Of a stretch of DNA of 64,000 nt, positions 1 through 14,894 are shown piece after piece; position 1 is the first letter of the stretch; each line of letters starts with the position of its first letter. The stretch covers positions 248,001-312,000 of the forward strand of contig NIVC01000413.1 of assembly GCA_002269645.1 (NCBI GenBank), in the 5' to 3' direction. Origin of the DNA: Macrostomum lignano (lineage: Eukaryota). The notes beneath the pieces were generated by a model. That model was not told the origin of the DNA. It searched no databases and saw only the letters and a program-made list of their open reading frames with translations. The position numbers and the translations under genes were made by a program.

Positions 1-9
1 AACACCGAT

Positions 10-404
10 AAGCCAATCAGAACCATCCGAAGCTCTGCCAGCCAATCAGAACCATCCGAAGCTCTGCCAGCCAATCAGAACCATCCGAAGCTCTGCCAGC
101 CAATCAGAACCATCCGAAGCTCTGCCAGCCAATCAGAACCATCCGAAGCTCTGCCAGCCAATCAGAACCATCCGAAGCTCTGCCAGCCAATCAGAACCAT
201 CCGAAGCTCTGCCAGCCAATCAGAACCACCCGAAGCTCTGCCAGCCAATCAGAACCATCCGAAGCTCTGCCAGCCAATCAGAACCATCCGAAGATCTGAC
301 CAGCCAATCAGAACCACCCAAAACACCGACCAGCCAATCATAACCACCTAAAACACTGACCAGCCAATCAGAACCACTCAAAAATCGATCAGCCAATCAG
401 AACC
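10..404. repeat. 29-bp minisatellite (GCCAATCAGAACCATCCGAAGCTCTGCCA), intronic
   Basis: About 13 tandem units, degenerating towards 400. Lies in the intron after the donor at 437 of the minus-strand gene. Confidence 0.95.
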
Positions 405-437
405 AATGAATCAAACCGAGATAACTTTGTCCCTCAC

Positions 438-3315
438 CTCTCCAAATTCAGTCCCACAAGACGCGTCTCGGACAGCCTCCAGTCTGGCCTGATGCGCGGC
501 CAGTTTTGCTTCGCACTCGGCCAGCCATTGCGCCTCTCTTCTGACCATCTCGGCTTGAAATTCAGCTTTCAACTCCTGCCTGACCTGATCCATCTCATTA
601 GTCAGTCGGCTATTATCGGCAGTTAGTTGTTCGCAGCGTTTATTCGCCTCGGCTAATTGTTCTTCTAACCCTACGCTGGACTCAGCACAGGACACTACAG
701 AATGAGCGATAGCTCGGGATACCTCTAACAATCGACGCGCTTCCTCTTCTTCGGAGGTTGAATTAGTCGTAGTTGGCCTCTCTATTAATACTAATTCGTC
801 ATTTTTATCAACGCAAGCGACGATGAGATCAGTTTGAGCTTCGCTATGCTCAACTGTTGCCGGCTTTACGGATGATGTCTTTTCTTTTTCTAATTGATTT
901 TGTAATTCTTTTAATTGCTGCTTGAGCTGAGTCACCTCAGCATTGGCTTTGTCTAATTCTAGCCTCGATGCCATAGACATGGTCGAGCTTGAAGCAGCAA
1001 GTTCCGGGTATTGTTTTGCATTTGATTCGGCTTCATCTTCGTCAGCGAATATATCGTCATCAACTACCGTTAGAGTGGTGAATTTATGGAATTTGCTATT
1101 GCTGCTGGTATTGCGCATCATTCCGCTCGATTGAGGCTGGCGTCCGGGGTGGCCGTTGCTTAGCAACCTGGATGGAGCGTGGCATATCAAAGCGGTGTAG
1201 TTAACTACACGAGAAGAGTAAACAGCCTGATTGGCGTCATAAATCACTTCAAACAGTCCTGTTAAACGATCTAGTACCAAGGTGACCTTGAAACAAGTTG
1301 CTTAACAACCTAGCTGACCTTGAAACAAGTTGCTTAGCAACCTAGCTGACCTTGAAACAAGGTGATTAGCAACCTAGCTGACCTTGAAACAAGGTGATTA
1401 GCAACCTAGCTGACCTTGAAACAAGGTGATTAGCAACCTAGCTGACCTTGAAACAAGGTGATTAGCAACCTAGTTGACCTTGAAACAAGGTGATTAGCAA
1501 CCTAGCTGACCTTGAAACAGGTGATTAGCAACCTAGCTGACCTTGAAACAAGTTGCTTAACAACCTAGCTGACCTTGAAACAAGGTGATTAGCAACCTAG
1601 CTGACCTTGAAACAAGTTGCTTAACAACCTAGCTGACCTTGAAACAAGGTGATTAGCAACCTAGCTGACCTTGAAACAAGGTGATTAGCAACCTAGCTGA
1701 CCTTGAAACAAGGTGATTAGCAACCTAGCTGACCTTGAAACAAGGTGATTAGCAACCTAGCTGACCTTGAAACAAGGTGATTAGCAACCTAGCTGACCTT
1801 GAAACAAGGTGCTTAGCAACCTAAGACTACCTTGAGGTAACCTGATTAGCAACCTAGATGGCCTTTAAATCGCCAGTTTAGCAACTTAGATAACTGTGAA
1901 AAAGGCCAAAACGACCTTAATAAAACCCGCTTAGTAATATAGACGACCTTGAACAAAAACCTAGATTACTTTCAAAAGTTTAAATGACTTTGAAAATAGC
2001 TCTATGAAATTGCAAAAAACAAACTACTTAAAAACTTAGACGAGCAAGCCCTAGCTGTTTAAGAACACACCTGCTTGAAAAAAATTTACGTAGGCTCGAA
2101 TACTTGTCCCAGCAACTTACCTAGACTGTTGCTGCAACTCAAGCACTCTGGTTTTCTCCTCTAATCTACTCTTCTCAAACTCAAGATCTCGCATCTGCTC
2201 TTGCCACCGCGTGGTGCCCTCGAAGTCTTCCAGCTCGCGAACTAACTGGCCCACCGATTGGAGCTTGGTTAGCGAGCGGGCCTCGATTTCACGCATCTGT
2301 TGCAGAAATCGGTCCACTGAAATGGAATTTACATGATTTGTCACCGCTGATTAAAGCATCCAAATCTAGGAACTTGTAAGGACAAGATTACATCTCTAGA
2401 TTGAGGATCTGAGAGGCTGGTGACCCAGCAACTGAGGATCTGGGAGGCTGGCCCAGCAACTGAGGATCTGGGAGGCTGGCCCAGCAACTGAGGATCTGGG
2501 AGGCTGGCCCAGCAACTGAGGATCTGGGAGGCCGGCTCAGCAACTGAGAATCTGGGAGGCTGGCCCAGCAACTAAGGATCTGGGAGGCTGGCTCAGCAAC
2601 TGAGGATCTGGGAGGCTGGCCCAGCAACTGAGGATCTGGGAGGCTGGTGACCCAGCAACTGAGGATCTGGGAGGCTGGCCCAGCAACTGAGGATCTGGGA
2701 GGCTGGCTCAGCAACTGAGCATCTGGGAGGCTGGCCCAGCAACTGAGGATCTGGAAGGCTGGCCCAGCAACTGAGGATCTGGTAGGCTGGCCCAGCAACT
2801 GAGGATCTGGGAGGCTGGCCCAGCAACTGAGGATCTGGGAGGCTGGCCAGCGTGAGGCAGCCAATACCCACTCACAGCAGCAATTCCGGCAGGTCTCGCA
2901 AGTCTCCAGCTGAAAGGAGAAGTCCTCAGAGTCCATGCTGTCCCCGACTCCACCGGCATCAGCAGCGTGACCATTGCCAGCCTCATCCGAATGGGGCTTC
3001 ATCTCCCGCTGCAAGCTGAGCAGCTGATCAGCGTATCTTTTATCCCATTCTTCGAGCACCTGTTCCAGCAGGCGTCTGTTGCCAATGGCAACCTGCTCGC
3101 CAAGGCGCCACGCTGTGCTGGAAGTTGAGGAGGTCATGCGGCGATGCTGAGGTTGCCGCCCAGATGGAAAATGGCTGGTGGCAGACTGGGCTGTGTGACT
3201 GCTGGCACCAGCGGCTGCTGCTGCAGCTGATGCTGATGAAGCTAGATCAGCTTTTGTTTCGTCCTGAGCACAGCTGGCACTGTCCGAGCATAGGCACTGG
3301 ACTCGATAGCAAGAT
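438..3315 (-). CDS. Partial multi-exon gene, coiled-coil protein of unknown family; exons 3315-2876, 2316-2121, 1167-438
   Basis: GT-AG junctions with matching phases (1 then 2) give a continuous frame: ...LETCETCRNC-L-DRFLQQMREIEARSL...LELQQQS-R-LLSNGHPGRQ...FGE. Heptad-like E/Q/L/K-rich segments. The gene continues past both ends of this model. Confidence 0.75.
1285..1830. repeat. 32-bp minisatellite (TGACCTTGAAACAAGGTGATTAGCAACCTAGC), intronic
   Basis: About 17 tandem units; the period is visible at 1381 and 1413. Confidence 0.95.
2402..2848. repeat. 28-bp minisatellite (CTGGGAGGCTGGCCCAGCAACTGAGGAT), intronic
   Basis: About 16 tandem units. Explains the PASQILSCW-repeat ORFs in the track. 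Confidence 0.95.
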
Positions 3316-6022
3316 CTGTGGACTATAGATAAGAATAGCTTATTTGTTAAAAAAAACCTGTAAGTAACCTAGACTTAAGCAAACAGTTATTTAAATTTTG
3401 CTATCTTAAAATTTCAATATACTAAACACTTTTCATAGAACCAGAAACCTAAGATTAGTATTTCACCTTGCCAACCTAGTATACATTGATTTAAAATTGG
3501 ATTATGTCAATTTGCAAAGCAATTGCTATTGGCTTTACTGATGTATCAAATGATATAGTACATAATTTTTAATAACTAAATATTCAAGTTTAATATACTT
3601 GAACTACTTTTGTTTTAATTAAGGTGGTTAAACATTAAACCATCTCATTAAACCAATTCAAAATGTTAGGATACTTATTCGAAAATCTTGACTTCTTTCT
3701 AAACTTCTAAACTCTTCTAAACTTAACTTTATAATGCATAATTCTTTTCAAAAAAAGTTTCATACAGTTTTTCTATATATTAAAAAAGTATATGAATTGA
3801 ATAGTACTGCCAATGATACCAAAGGATAATTTTCTTTTTAATATTAACAATATACTTAAGTTAAAAAGCATTTAATAGTGGCACTACTAAGATATTATCT
3901 TTTGGATACTAATAATACCTATGTTGTAATAGTGGCTCTAACAATCCTTGTTTTATTACCTTTTTTACAAATAACTTTTTATAATACTTGCTATTATTAA
4001 CATTTTTAGACATCTCAAAGATTTACAAAAAGCCTAATTCCTAATAGGGTATAAAATAAAAAATACCATGGCATTGATATAAAAAACTGAAAGCAAATCT
4101 TTTAATGTATAAACTAATTTATTTTATTTTTAAGTTAAGTAATTAAACAGTAAACTTCAAATGTTTTAGACTATACTTAAAGTAATTAAGCTTATTATTA
4201 AGCTTATTATACAAATAAATTTATCAATAAACTATAAAACATTTATAGTTTTATAAAAACAAAATAAATAAAATCTTACATGCATCATATAGGACTTATT
4301 AAAATATAAAATTCTTATCATTGACATTATAATGTTGTCTAACACTGTATTTCTATATACATATGCACTAGCACTACCCTCTTTCAATGTATATACACCA
4401 TAAAGACAGTCATTCAATGAAACACTTGAACTAAACAACACTTTGTCTTGATTATACTCAATTGATATGCTAAGGTATAAATTATAAATACACCACTAGC
4501 AAGCATATAGGATTATAGCTAGTACTAGTACATAGTTTCAAAGTTAAAGCTCAAATTACATCATGACATTAGCTATTTTTAATCTAAGCCTAAGGTTAGA
4601 TAATAGATAAAACCACTAAAATTCTCTCTAGCCTAACCTCTACCCCTACGCCCAATCGCCATTCATAATTTATTTAGATGTAGTATGACTTTTGGATACA
4701 TAGTCATTTCATCAGCGGCATAAATGTCAGTCAAATAGCATAGCACATAGCAAAAGTCTCAATATGACAACCCTTGGTCAAAAAATTGCAATAGAGTTTT
4801 GAATAGCACTTTAAACTAAGATTTATACATAATTCTCAGACCCAAACCCGGGGGGTTTAGTCATTCTTTCCGGTATTTTTCCTTCTTAGAAAAAAGAAGT
4901 TGAAATGCGAATACTCGCACGAAAATAACGTGAATTTAAATCCGTTAAATTGCTAAAACCCGGTAGAAAGCATTCTTTTGGAGTAATTGTAAATGTATAG
5001 TTCGATTCGAGATAGAAGACAAACTTCTGAAGTTTTTAGATCTAAATTTTTTTTACTTTGAAAAAGTGCAAATTCCAAGGACCACTGTAGAATAATAAGA
5101 CGAAAACTCAAAGATCGCGCAATTTTTGGAGGCCAACTTCCTGGAAAAAACGCAGTGCGGTGATAGGAAAACTTTTTTAACGCAAAATTAATGATTGAAT
5201 TTGATCTAAGGCATAGAAATTTACCATTCTTTTAATATAGCATGCACAACATACGCTACTCTGTAGTATTTAGGGCAGTGAATGCTTCATTTTACATATA
5301 TATTTGGTTTCTTATTTTGTCAGCCTAAGCTATTAGTTGTAAATTAAAATACTCACCATTGAAATTATTATTTTATTTCTTCTTGAGTCGAGTATTTTTA
5401 ATATTTGTATTAGCATATCCTCTATGTATCTTTGTAAAGTAAAACTTTGGTTTGGTCCTGAAATGTAAAGAAAACAATATCTGAAAATAGAAATTTCACT
5501 GCATATCTGTATAAAATACTACAGAGTAGCATGCCGTGCCTATGATATATTAAAGGAATATTCTTCATCTTCAGTGCCTTTTTATCAAATGCAATCATTG
5601 ACTTTGTTATGAAGAAAGATTTTTTTTCGGTGTATTTTTTCTCGAAATCAGCCTCCGTAAAATTACACTATCTCTGAGTTTTGCGTCCTTGTTATACTTA
5701 CAGTGTTTCTTAGTTAAACATTGCTGTTACTTTTCAGTGACCTTTTTTACTTGAATCAAATGTTTGAATTCAGCTTGATGGAACTAATCCTATTTTTGAT
5801 TGTCTACGTTTAGTTCTACATGTAAATCAGTCCAGAACATGTTTATGAAAACTTTAATAAATTAGAATATTTATGTATAGTCTAGATGCGCAAAGATATA
5901 ATATTTTTTTTTCAGGATGGAATCAATTTCACAATTGCGTTCCTTTATGCGTACTGTATGCATTTCTTAACATCCAATGAAAAGTCTTTGCTTGTTACTA
6001 TTGTTTTGCGTCAACCAATATA

Positions 6023-7363
6023 CGAGGGTCATCCCAAAAGTTTCAGAAATCGAATGATTTTTGTGCCATAGACAACTTTTAGGACTACAGCACTTATACC
6101 ACACGAAAGATGAGCATATTTCGGGTGTCTGAGTAAGTTTTTAGCATTCTAGCTGCAAAATTCTGTTTTCTAAAGAACATTTTGTGAGATCCTAAATCAA
6201 ACATCGGCCGACAACGATAAAATGGAATTTCCGTTGAACTTGGAGCAGCGCTCATACATTAAAACGGAATGTCTTCGTGGTGTCCATGCAGCTCAAATTC
6301 ACCGTCAGTTGCTGCAGACCCATGGGCCAAATGCGATGAGCCAGCGAGCCGTGTACGACTGGTACAGTCGATTCAAGAATGGCCGCTCTGATGTCGAGGA
6401 TGACCCATGATCTGGAAGGCTAAAAGAAGCTCGCACAGAGTCGAACATCGAGTTGATCCAAGGGCTGCTGAACATCGATCGCCGTTGGACATGCGAAGAA
6501 ATGGCTGAGCTGTCCGGATCCCCTCGTCGAGTGTGCATCGGATCCTCATCCAGGATCTTGGACTGCAGAAGGTCACAGCCAGGTGGGTGCCGCACCATCT
6601 CACGGATGACAACAAGGCACGCCGGGTGACAGCTGCTCAGCAGCTTCTGCATCGGTTCAGGAGAGAGGGTTCGGCTTTCCTAGACCGTATTGTCACGCTT
6701 GACGAGACTTGGATCTGTTCGTACGAGCCCATCTCAAGAGTCGAATTCCGAGTGGCAGTCGAAAGGTTCTGCCCAGCCATTAAGACCATCAGTTCTGCGG
6801 CGCGCCAAGGGAGCCGACAAAATGATGATCATCGCATGCTACGACAGCTTTGGCATTATTCTCATCCACCGCGTTCCTGAGGGCCAAAACATCAACCAAC
6901 AATACTATCGGAGCTTCATTATTCACCATCTTCGGCCTGCCTTGCACAAAAAGCGGCCACAGACCCTGGAACTTGGTCCACTCCTTCTGCACGACAATGC
7001 CAGTTCGCACACAGCCCGCATTGTGCAGGACCTACTGCGGGACTACCAGTGGGAGGTGCTGCCTCATCCTCCTTACTCCCCAGACCTCAGTCCCTGCGAT
7101 TTCGACCTTTTCCGAAGCTTAAGAACCAGCTCCGAGGGCGTCGTTTCCATTGCCTGGATGACCTGTTCAGCGAGGTCGGCCGCATTGCAAAAGACCTGTG
7201 CGAATCCGGCGCTGCTGACGGCGTTCAGAAGTTGCCTGGCCGCTGGGAGCGCACAATTCAAGTCAACGGAAGTTATTTTGAAGGTTTTTGACCTGTTCAT
7301 TGTTCTGACACTCGTTTGTTGAAAATTAGTAGGCGTTTGCTGAAACTTTTGGGATGACCCTCG
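6023..7363 (+). mobile_element. Full-length mariner (DD34D) DNA transposon, non-functional
   Basis: Perfect 24-bp TIRs (CGAGGGTCATCCCAAAAGTTTCAG) with TA duplications at 6021-6022 and 7364-7365. Confidence 0.97.
6222..7291 (+). pseudogene. Mariner transposase pseudogene
   Basis: WVPHHL, TLDETW, HDNA and YSPDLSPCDF motifs, with 34 residues between the 2nd and 3rd Asp. Premature TGA at about 6408 and frameshifts near 6525, 6730 and 7112. Confidence 0.95.
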
Positions 7364-8839
7364 TAGAACAATCTTGTAATAAAACATCAAAATAAACTAG
7401 CTCGTAACTTATTCAAATTGATAAAAAACAATGATCCTTTCATACAGTATAGAGTTGCGTATGCAACTTGCGTACAGAAATTCTCACCTCCGCATAGCCG
7501 GCATACCTGGAATGCGGTGAGGATAGCGTGGATACATAAGATGTTTTCGAAGTTATCGAATATAGGTATATTTGGCGATTCAATTTTATACCTAACATGC
7601 ACACAGGAATAATATAGCAGTACATACTCTAGAGCTCTAGAGCATTATGGACAAGCAAGCAAACATACAAACCTTAGAGATTTAGTATATTTTATATATT
7701 TTAATATATACATATATATTTATAGTATCTGTGCATGGTGGTCCTTGTGTGCATATTTAAATTTTAACAAAGGAAAATTCAACAATTGTACTCGTATCAC
7801 CCACTATGTACGAGCTAATCATTTTTTCTGCTCTATACAAATCATCCCAAATGCCATCATTTTGTATTCTAAAGCCTATAAGACTTCACATGCATTAAGT
7901 TTTAGCATTGAAAATAAATGTGCATACCGTACGTCATGTACATGTACTTACCGTAGCCGGTGCTTCCTCAGCCGTGGTCCGAAAAACGATTCCGGAAGAT
8001 TTCCAAGAAACAACGAGACTCTCCGATCGATCCGCAGCCATGAGTTCCATGGCCGGAATTCGAAACATGATTTTCAGGCTGCGAGAGGCTTTAAAATGAT
8101 TCAACACAAGCCTTAAAAAGTCGCAACAGGATCTGTTTATCCATGGCCAAGACGCGAGCTTGGACTCATACGTGAAAAATCCACTACAATTACCTGAGAG
8201 TTTAAGCGACTACAATTAAGGCTATTTAAAGGGAGAAGTGACGAAACTTCCGTAAAGCCTAGCTCTATGACTCAAAACAACGTTTTAGGAATCAAGGAAG
8301 TTGCTGAATGGGTTAGAGTATTTCACCTTGTCTTGGGCAGTTCAAGCCTGCTCCATGCAGCTACTCAGCATCATTCCACAAGAGTTTAATTCCTACGTCA
8401 ACTTCCTCTTAACATTAATAATATATTAGGCGTGGGGGCCATTGCACGAAGATCAACTCAAAAACAGTTCACCAATCATTCTGCATGCAGTGCTACTATT
8501 ATTGTTCTGCAGTAGACAACAGTGAGAACACTATACCCCGGGTAAGTGTACGCCTCAGATAGTCTGCACGTACACTCTAGATTCCTGCCTCAAGAAGTAT
8601 GTGTGGCATCTATCAATAAGCAATTCGATACTTCCCTATAGGGAGTCGGAACCAACCAATCGTTTTTTACTATCAAAGATAAAAGTACGTTCGGATAGGA
8701 AGGTGGAATAATTTTCTATTTGCTCTTTGATCGCAACTGGAATTTACACATACGCTGTTTGAGAAAGGACAGCTTGACCCTAAGTCGATATACATTTACT
8801 GGTGGCTACTTCTTATAAACGAAGACTCAAAATTTTATC

Positions 8840-9365
8840 TAGAGAAGTGGAATAGCCTCTAGGGAAGTGGAATAGTCTCTAGAGAAGTAGAATAGTCTCT
8901 AGAGAAAGTGGAGTTGTCTCTAGAGAAGTGGAATAGCCTCTAGTGAAGTGGAGTTGTCTCTAGAGAAGTGGAATAGCCTCTAGGGAAGTGGAGTTGTCTC
9001 TAGAGAAGTAGAATAGTCTCTAGAGAAAGTGGAGTTGTCTCTAGAGAAGTGGAATAGCCTCTAGTGAAGTGGAGTTGTCTCTAGAGAAGTGGAATAGCCT
9101 CTAGGGAAGTGGAGTTGTCTCTAGAGAAGTAGAATAGTCTCTAGAGAAGTGGAGTTGTCTCTAGAGAAAGTGGAGTTGTCTCTAGAGAAGTGGAGTTGTC
9201 TCTAGAGAAAGTGGAGTTGTCTCTAGAGAAGTGGAATAGCCTCTAGGGAAGTGGAGTTGTCTTTAGAGAAGTAGAATAGTCTCTAGAGAAGTGGAATAGC
9301 CTCTAGAGAAGTGGAGTAGTCACTCTAAAGAAGTGGAATGGTCTCTAGAGAATTGAAATAGTCGT
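8840..9365. repeat. 20-21-bp minisatellite with internal palindrome TCTCTAGAGA
   Basis: Units CTAGAGAAGTGGAGTTGTCT and CTAGAGAAGTGGAATAGCCT alternate, about 25 copies. Confidence 0.92.
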
Positions 9366-9677
9366 TAGGGAATTAGAATAATTTTTATGGAATACTCGTA
9401 CATGTAGTTTTATCACTAAAAGCTAAGAAGTTGACAGCATACATTCGTAGCAAAGCTGAAAAATTTCAGCAAAAACTACGCTCGCAATTGTCTCAAAGTT
9501 GAAATAAATGAGTATAGATGAATTTTGGAATGTCATTTTAACGTTTTCCGTGTGCAAAATTTAGCATTGACGTAATGAGGTTGAAGCGAAAACAGATTTG
9601 TAACAAAATTTGCTTGTTTAGCGTACTTCGCATTTTGATAATACAATTTTAATCCTGCATGTCACTCCAGCCATCAG

Positions 9678-10965
<1,288 letters not shown>

Positions 10966-12555
10966 ATTAGCGAGAGAATATGTTAGTTAATGAATCTGTA
11001 AATTTAATGCACTTTCTGATTGCTTGTAATCAAAATCAGAGCGCATACACAAATGAAGCTATTGCTAATTGCTCTTCTATGAAAAATATTTTGATAAAAT
11101 TAATTATTCAAAGAACGTTGCGTTATGCACATGTAGTTATTAAGCCTTTTTGCGAATTTAATCGACTTTGAGTCGGATGGATATTCCTCTGCTCAGGATG
11201 TCTATGGCCTAAAGGGCCCTCGGGTCCTTTGCAACATCACAATAGTCAATAGTAACCACAGATAGGTTTGTGTCTCTTCTCATCTGTCTTATCTCTAATA
11301 ATCTCCTCTCTCTTTTTCTTTCATCTCCTCTCTACTCTCCTCTCCCTTATCATCTCCTCCTCTCCTCTTCTCTCTTCTCTTCTCCACATCCTCTCTCTAC
11401 CTTCCTCTGACCAGAAGTCATGTGATAGGTTCTCTATCTGGCCCTTGATGCACGAGAAACAAAAGTTTGTCGTCTGTCTGGGTCAATATGGTCAATGGCC
11501 TTGATTGAAGTTATGCTGCAGCTGCACAAATCTGCTTAGAAAAGTTATAACTTCTATAACTATTTGACTTTCACTGCGTCCAGTTTTGTGCTTTGCAAGG
11601 AACCCAGCAGAATTCATATTCACCCTGCAGACTGAGAATTGAAATCACTAGGCAATTTGGTTTATGTCACGAACATTCACTGTCTCTTTCTCTGTCCAAC
11701 AGACAACAGATTTTAGCGCATGGTTCTCTCTCTACGCCATTCTTTACTTTAGCCATGCCATCCAGCTGTGGCCAAAATTAATCTCTGTTGTCTATGGCCT
11801 TTCTATGGTTTGTCTGTGTCAGATCTTTGCCACGCTACCACGTCACACTGCTGACAGTCAGGCGCCGATTTGAATAAAGAAAATGTAGAGGTTTAATTCA
11901 TAGAATTCTACTGCAAGTAGAGCAACGCACACATGCGCACCAAAACTTGAACTATGAATAATGTTATAGCGAAGAAATGAATCATAATCACTATTTACAA
12001 CAAAAAACGAGTCATGTTACTATTTATAACGAGAAGAGGAGTCATATTACCTTTTATAGCGAAAAGATGAGTCATTATATTTCACAAAAATTGCCTATAA
12101 ATACAAACGCAAAATCCGAGCTGAAATCTCAGACGTTTGGAGCAGCCTCAAAGCATCTTGAGCTAACGGGAGAAGCTAATCGAGGCTACATCTCTGAGGA
12201 AGACGAATACCGTTCGGTAAGCCCTTGTTCGAGCCTTTGTTATTAGATTGATTGAGAGCGATTTTATTGCCGGCCGTTACTAATCAGTTGATTCCACTGA
12301 GTTTATTGCGTTTGAGGCCTCCCCTTTTCCTAAGGATATTGAGGATATTAAGGGGATCCTCAATAGGATCTGCGGACCGATTCCGATACCCTTAGAGAAT
12401 TCTCGATTGATTGATTTGGATTACCCAAGAGTAACCGATAGGAGCTGCACACGACTCCGATTTCGTTATTTCTACGAGTAAAAGAAGACGCCTCTTTTTG
12501 GAGGACCTCGTCATTGTTATAGAAAGTTGACTTTGTTATTAGGGCGCATCGTTGA

Positions 12556-12888
12556 TATTGATTTCTGCACTCGAGGAATATATTGATTTCTGCACTCGAG
12601 GAATATATTGATTTCTGCACTCGAGGAATATATTGATTTCTGCACTCGAGGAATATATTGATTTCTGCACTCGAGGAATATATTGGATTTCTGCACTCGA
12701 GGAATATATTGGATTTCTGCACTCGAGGAATATATTGGATTTCTGCACTCGAGGAATATATTGGATTTCTGCACTCGAGGAATATATTGGATTTCTTAAC
12801 TCGAGGAATATATTGATTTCTGCACTCGAGGAATATATTGGATTTCTGCACTCGAGGAATATATTGGATTTCTGCACTCGAGGAATAC
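12556..12888. repeat. 25-26-bp minisatellite (TATTGATTTCTGCACTCGAGGAATA)
   Basis: About 13 tandem units. Confidence 0.93.
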
Positions 12889-14409
12889 TGTGACGTCGAC
12901 GGATTCAAGTGTTACACTCTCACTTTCGGCCGATTTTAGAATTCAAGACTACTCCGGAGGAAGAAGAATTGAAGAAACGAGCTCGGAGAACCTGCCCGAC
13001 AAAGAAGAGGAGCCCGCACCGGTAAGTGAGCACTGAATTCTGTTCCCAGGCTTAAGGTCTGGAAGTGGGAGTTTTCGGGTGACTGATCATCGCCCGATCA
13101 AACTCTTCAAAAAACAAATTGGTTACATAAAATGTGTGCACTTTTGATAGCCTTACTTTGTTTATTGGTTTTTACTCTCAACAATAAAAAACTTTCATGT
13201 GTTCACTTTAAACTGCTACAATCAAAGTTTAATTCAATTGAATTGTTGTATTGCTGTTCAATAACAAATAGGGAGGCCACGAACTATAGCAAGAGTGCAT
13301 TTGCCAGTGCAGCAGCTTTTGTATCCGTACCAGCGAGGGCCGCAGAGTTGACCGAGACCAGCACATTCTCTAAAAATTAAAATTAAAAAAATCATGATAT
13401 AATTAAAATAACAGAATTTTGGAAATTAAGGTGAAACAACAAGAAGAGTGGTTGGTCAAACTGCGTTGGCTCATGAAGCCTGTCTATCCGACCCTCGGGT
13501 CCTTTAAGAACTTCACAATGGCAATTCGGCCTAATCAAGATTTGTGTCGCTTCTTAGCTCTCTTCCTTACTCTCTACTGTCTCTCGTCTTTCCTCTCTTC
13601 TCCAAGCTGGCATACAAATAAATAAATATGAAACAATTCGATTTTCTCACTCAACGGAATAGCCAGGCCATCCTGGTGGCCAAGGCTGCACATGTGGCAA
13701 TGACTCATCCGCCGGGTTGAATGTCGATGGCACATCAGTCCGTCCATCAGCCGAGACAGAAAGCAGTTGGATGGCAAATAGACTCTCGCCTATAGCCAGA
13801 ATGCAACGGAAATGCATCGCGAAATTTGAGGTCGAACTTTCAGGGGTTTGTTAATTTTAAAAGTAGGCCATATAATTTGTGGCATATAATCACAATATAC
13901 TTCATAGCCTATAGTTCAAAACGAGCTTCAGAGACGTTGCTAAGTCAAACTTGTCTCAATGAACTCGTGAAGTTAGACTGACAGACACGGGAAAATGTTG
14001 AGTCAGACCATAGACTATGCATTTTAAACCTTCACGGCAAAAGTTAATTTTGTGTACGTCGTATAAGATAACACCCCACAGATTTGTTTCTTTGGCGTAT
14101 AGAATCGCTTCTACTCGGCCTAGAAACGCGTCCGAAGCCATTCTTTACACCATAGACAGCAAATCTGGGGGGTGTTATTAGATTTGAACCTAAGTGTAGC
14201 TCAGCCAGGTGATCTCAAATCTCAAGCAGCTAATCAATTCGCAATCGTACTTTCTGGCAAGTCCAATTCGACATGGAAGACAGTTTACCTTCCGATCCTG
14301 GCGATATTGAGACCCCAGATATGGAGATTTCTCCGGATCTACTGGACTTTCTTATACAAACAGAAAATGAGTCACAGTTGGCGCGCTCCAGTAAAAATAA
14401 GGGAATGAT

Positions 14410-14894
14410 TTCAGACACTGACAGAAGCGGACGTTCAGCAAAAGATTGAGGAGACCTCGACAACAAGAAGGAAGGCAGAATGGGCAATCCAAATCTTCCG
14501 AGATTGGCACAACGAGAAAAAGCATCTTTGGGCCACAGGCGGTAGTCCATCTCTAATGGTTTTAAACGACGTGGACAAAATGTCAAAAAGTGAGCAAACC
14601 AGAGTCTTCGCAAAACCTGCGCCACCCGACTACATGAAGCTGGTGTACAGCGTGCGGACATGTCGCGTGACTAGAAATTCCAGTTCCGCTGTGGAGAGAT
14701 ACATCGGTGTATCTGTGCCAATGCAGAAGAACATGAGTGCAATTGTTGCCGGAGTTTCACCGGCTGGAGAGAAGGCTGCTGATTCGCGCAACGAGCTACC
14801 AGAGCAGACTGCGAGCCTCGAGATGTCAATGAAGAAGAGGATGCGGATTGAAACGAATGGCGACACCAACACTGTTTCTTTCTACTTCGACTGA
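14410..14894 (+). pseudogene. YR1: internally deleted Crypton-type (DUF3504-like) tyrosine recombinase
   Basis: The N-terminal block FQTLTEADVQQKIEE...AEWAIQIFRDW joins directly to SLRKTCATRLHEAG (shifted frame) and ...SAVERY. The core catalytic region is missing. The C-terminus RIETNGDTNTVSFYFD resembles that of YR3. Confidence 0.75.

Noticed and set aside
3340-4700. Very AT-rich stretch with stop-interrupted protein-like fragments on the minus strand
   Set aside because: No recognisable motif; it could be a decayed element but cannot be assigned.
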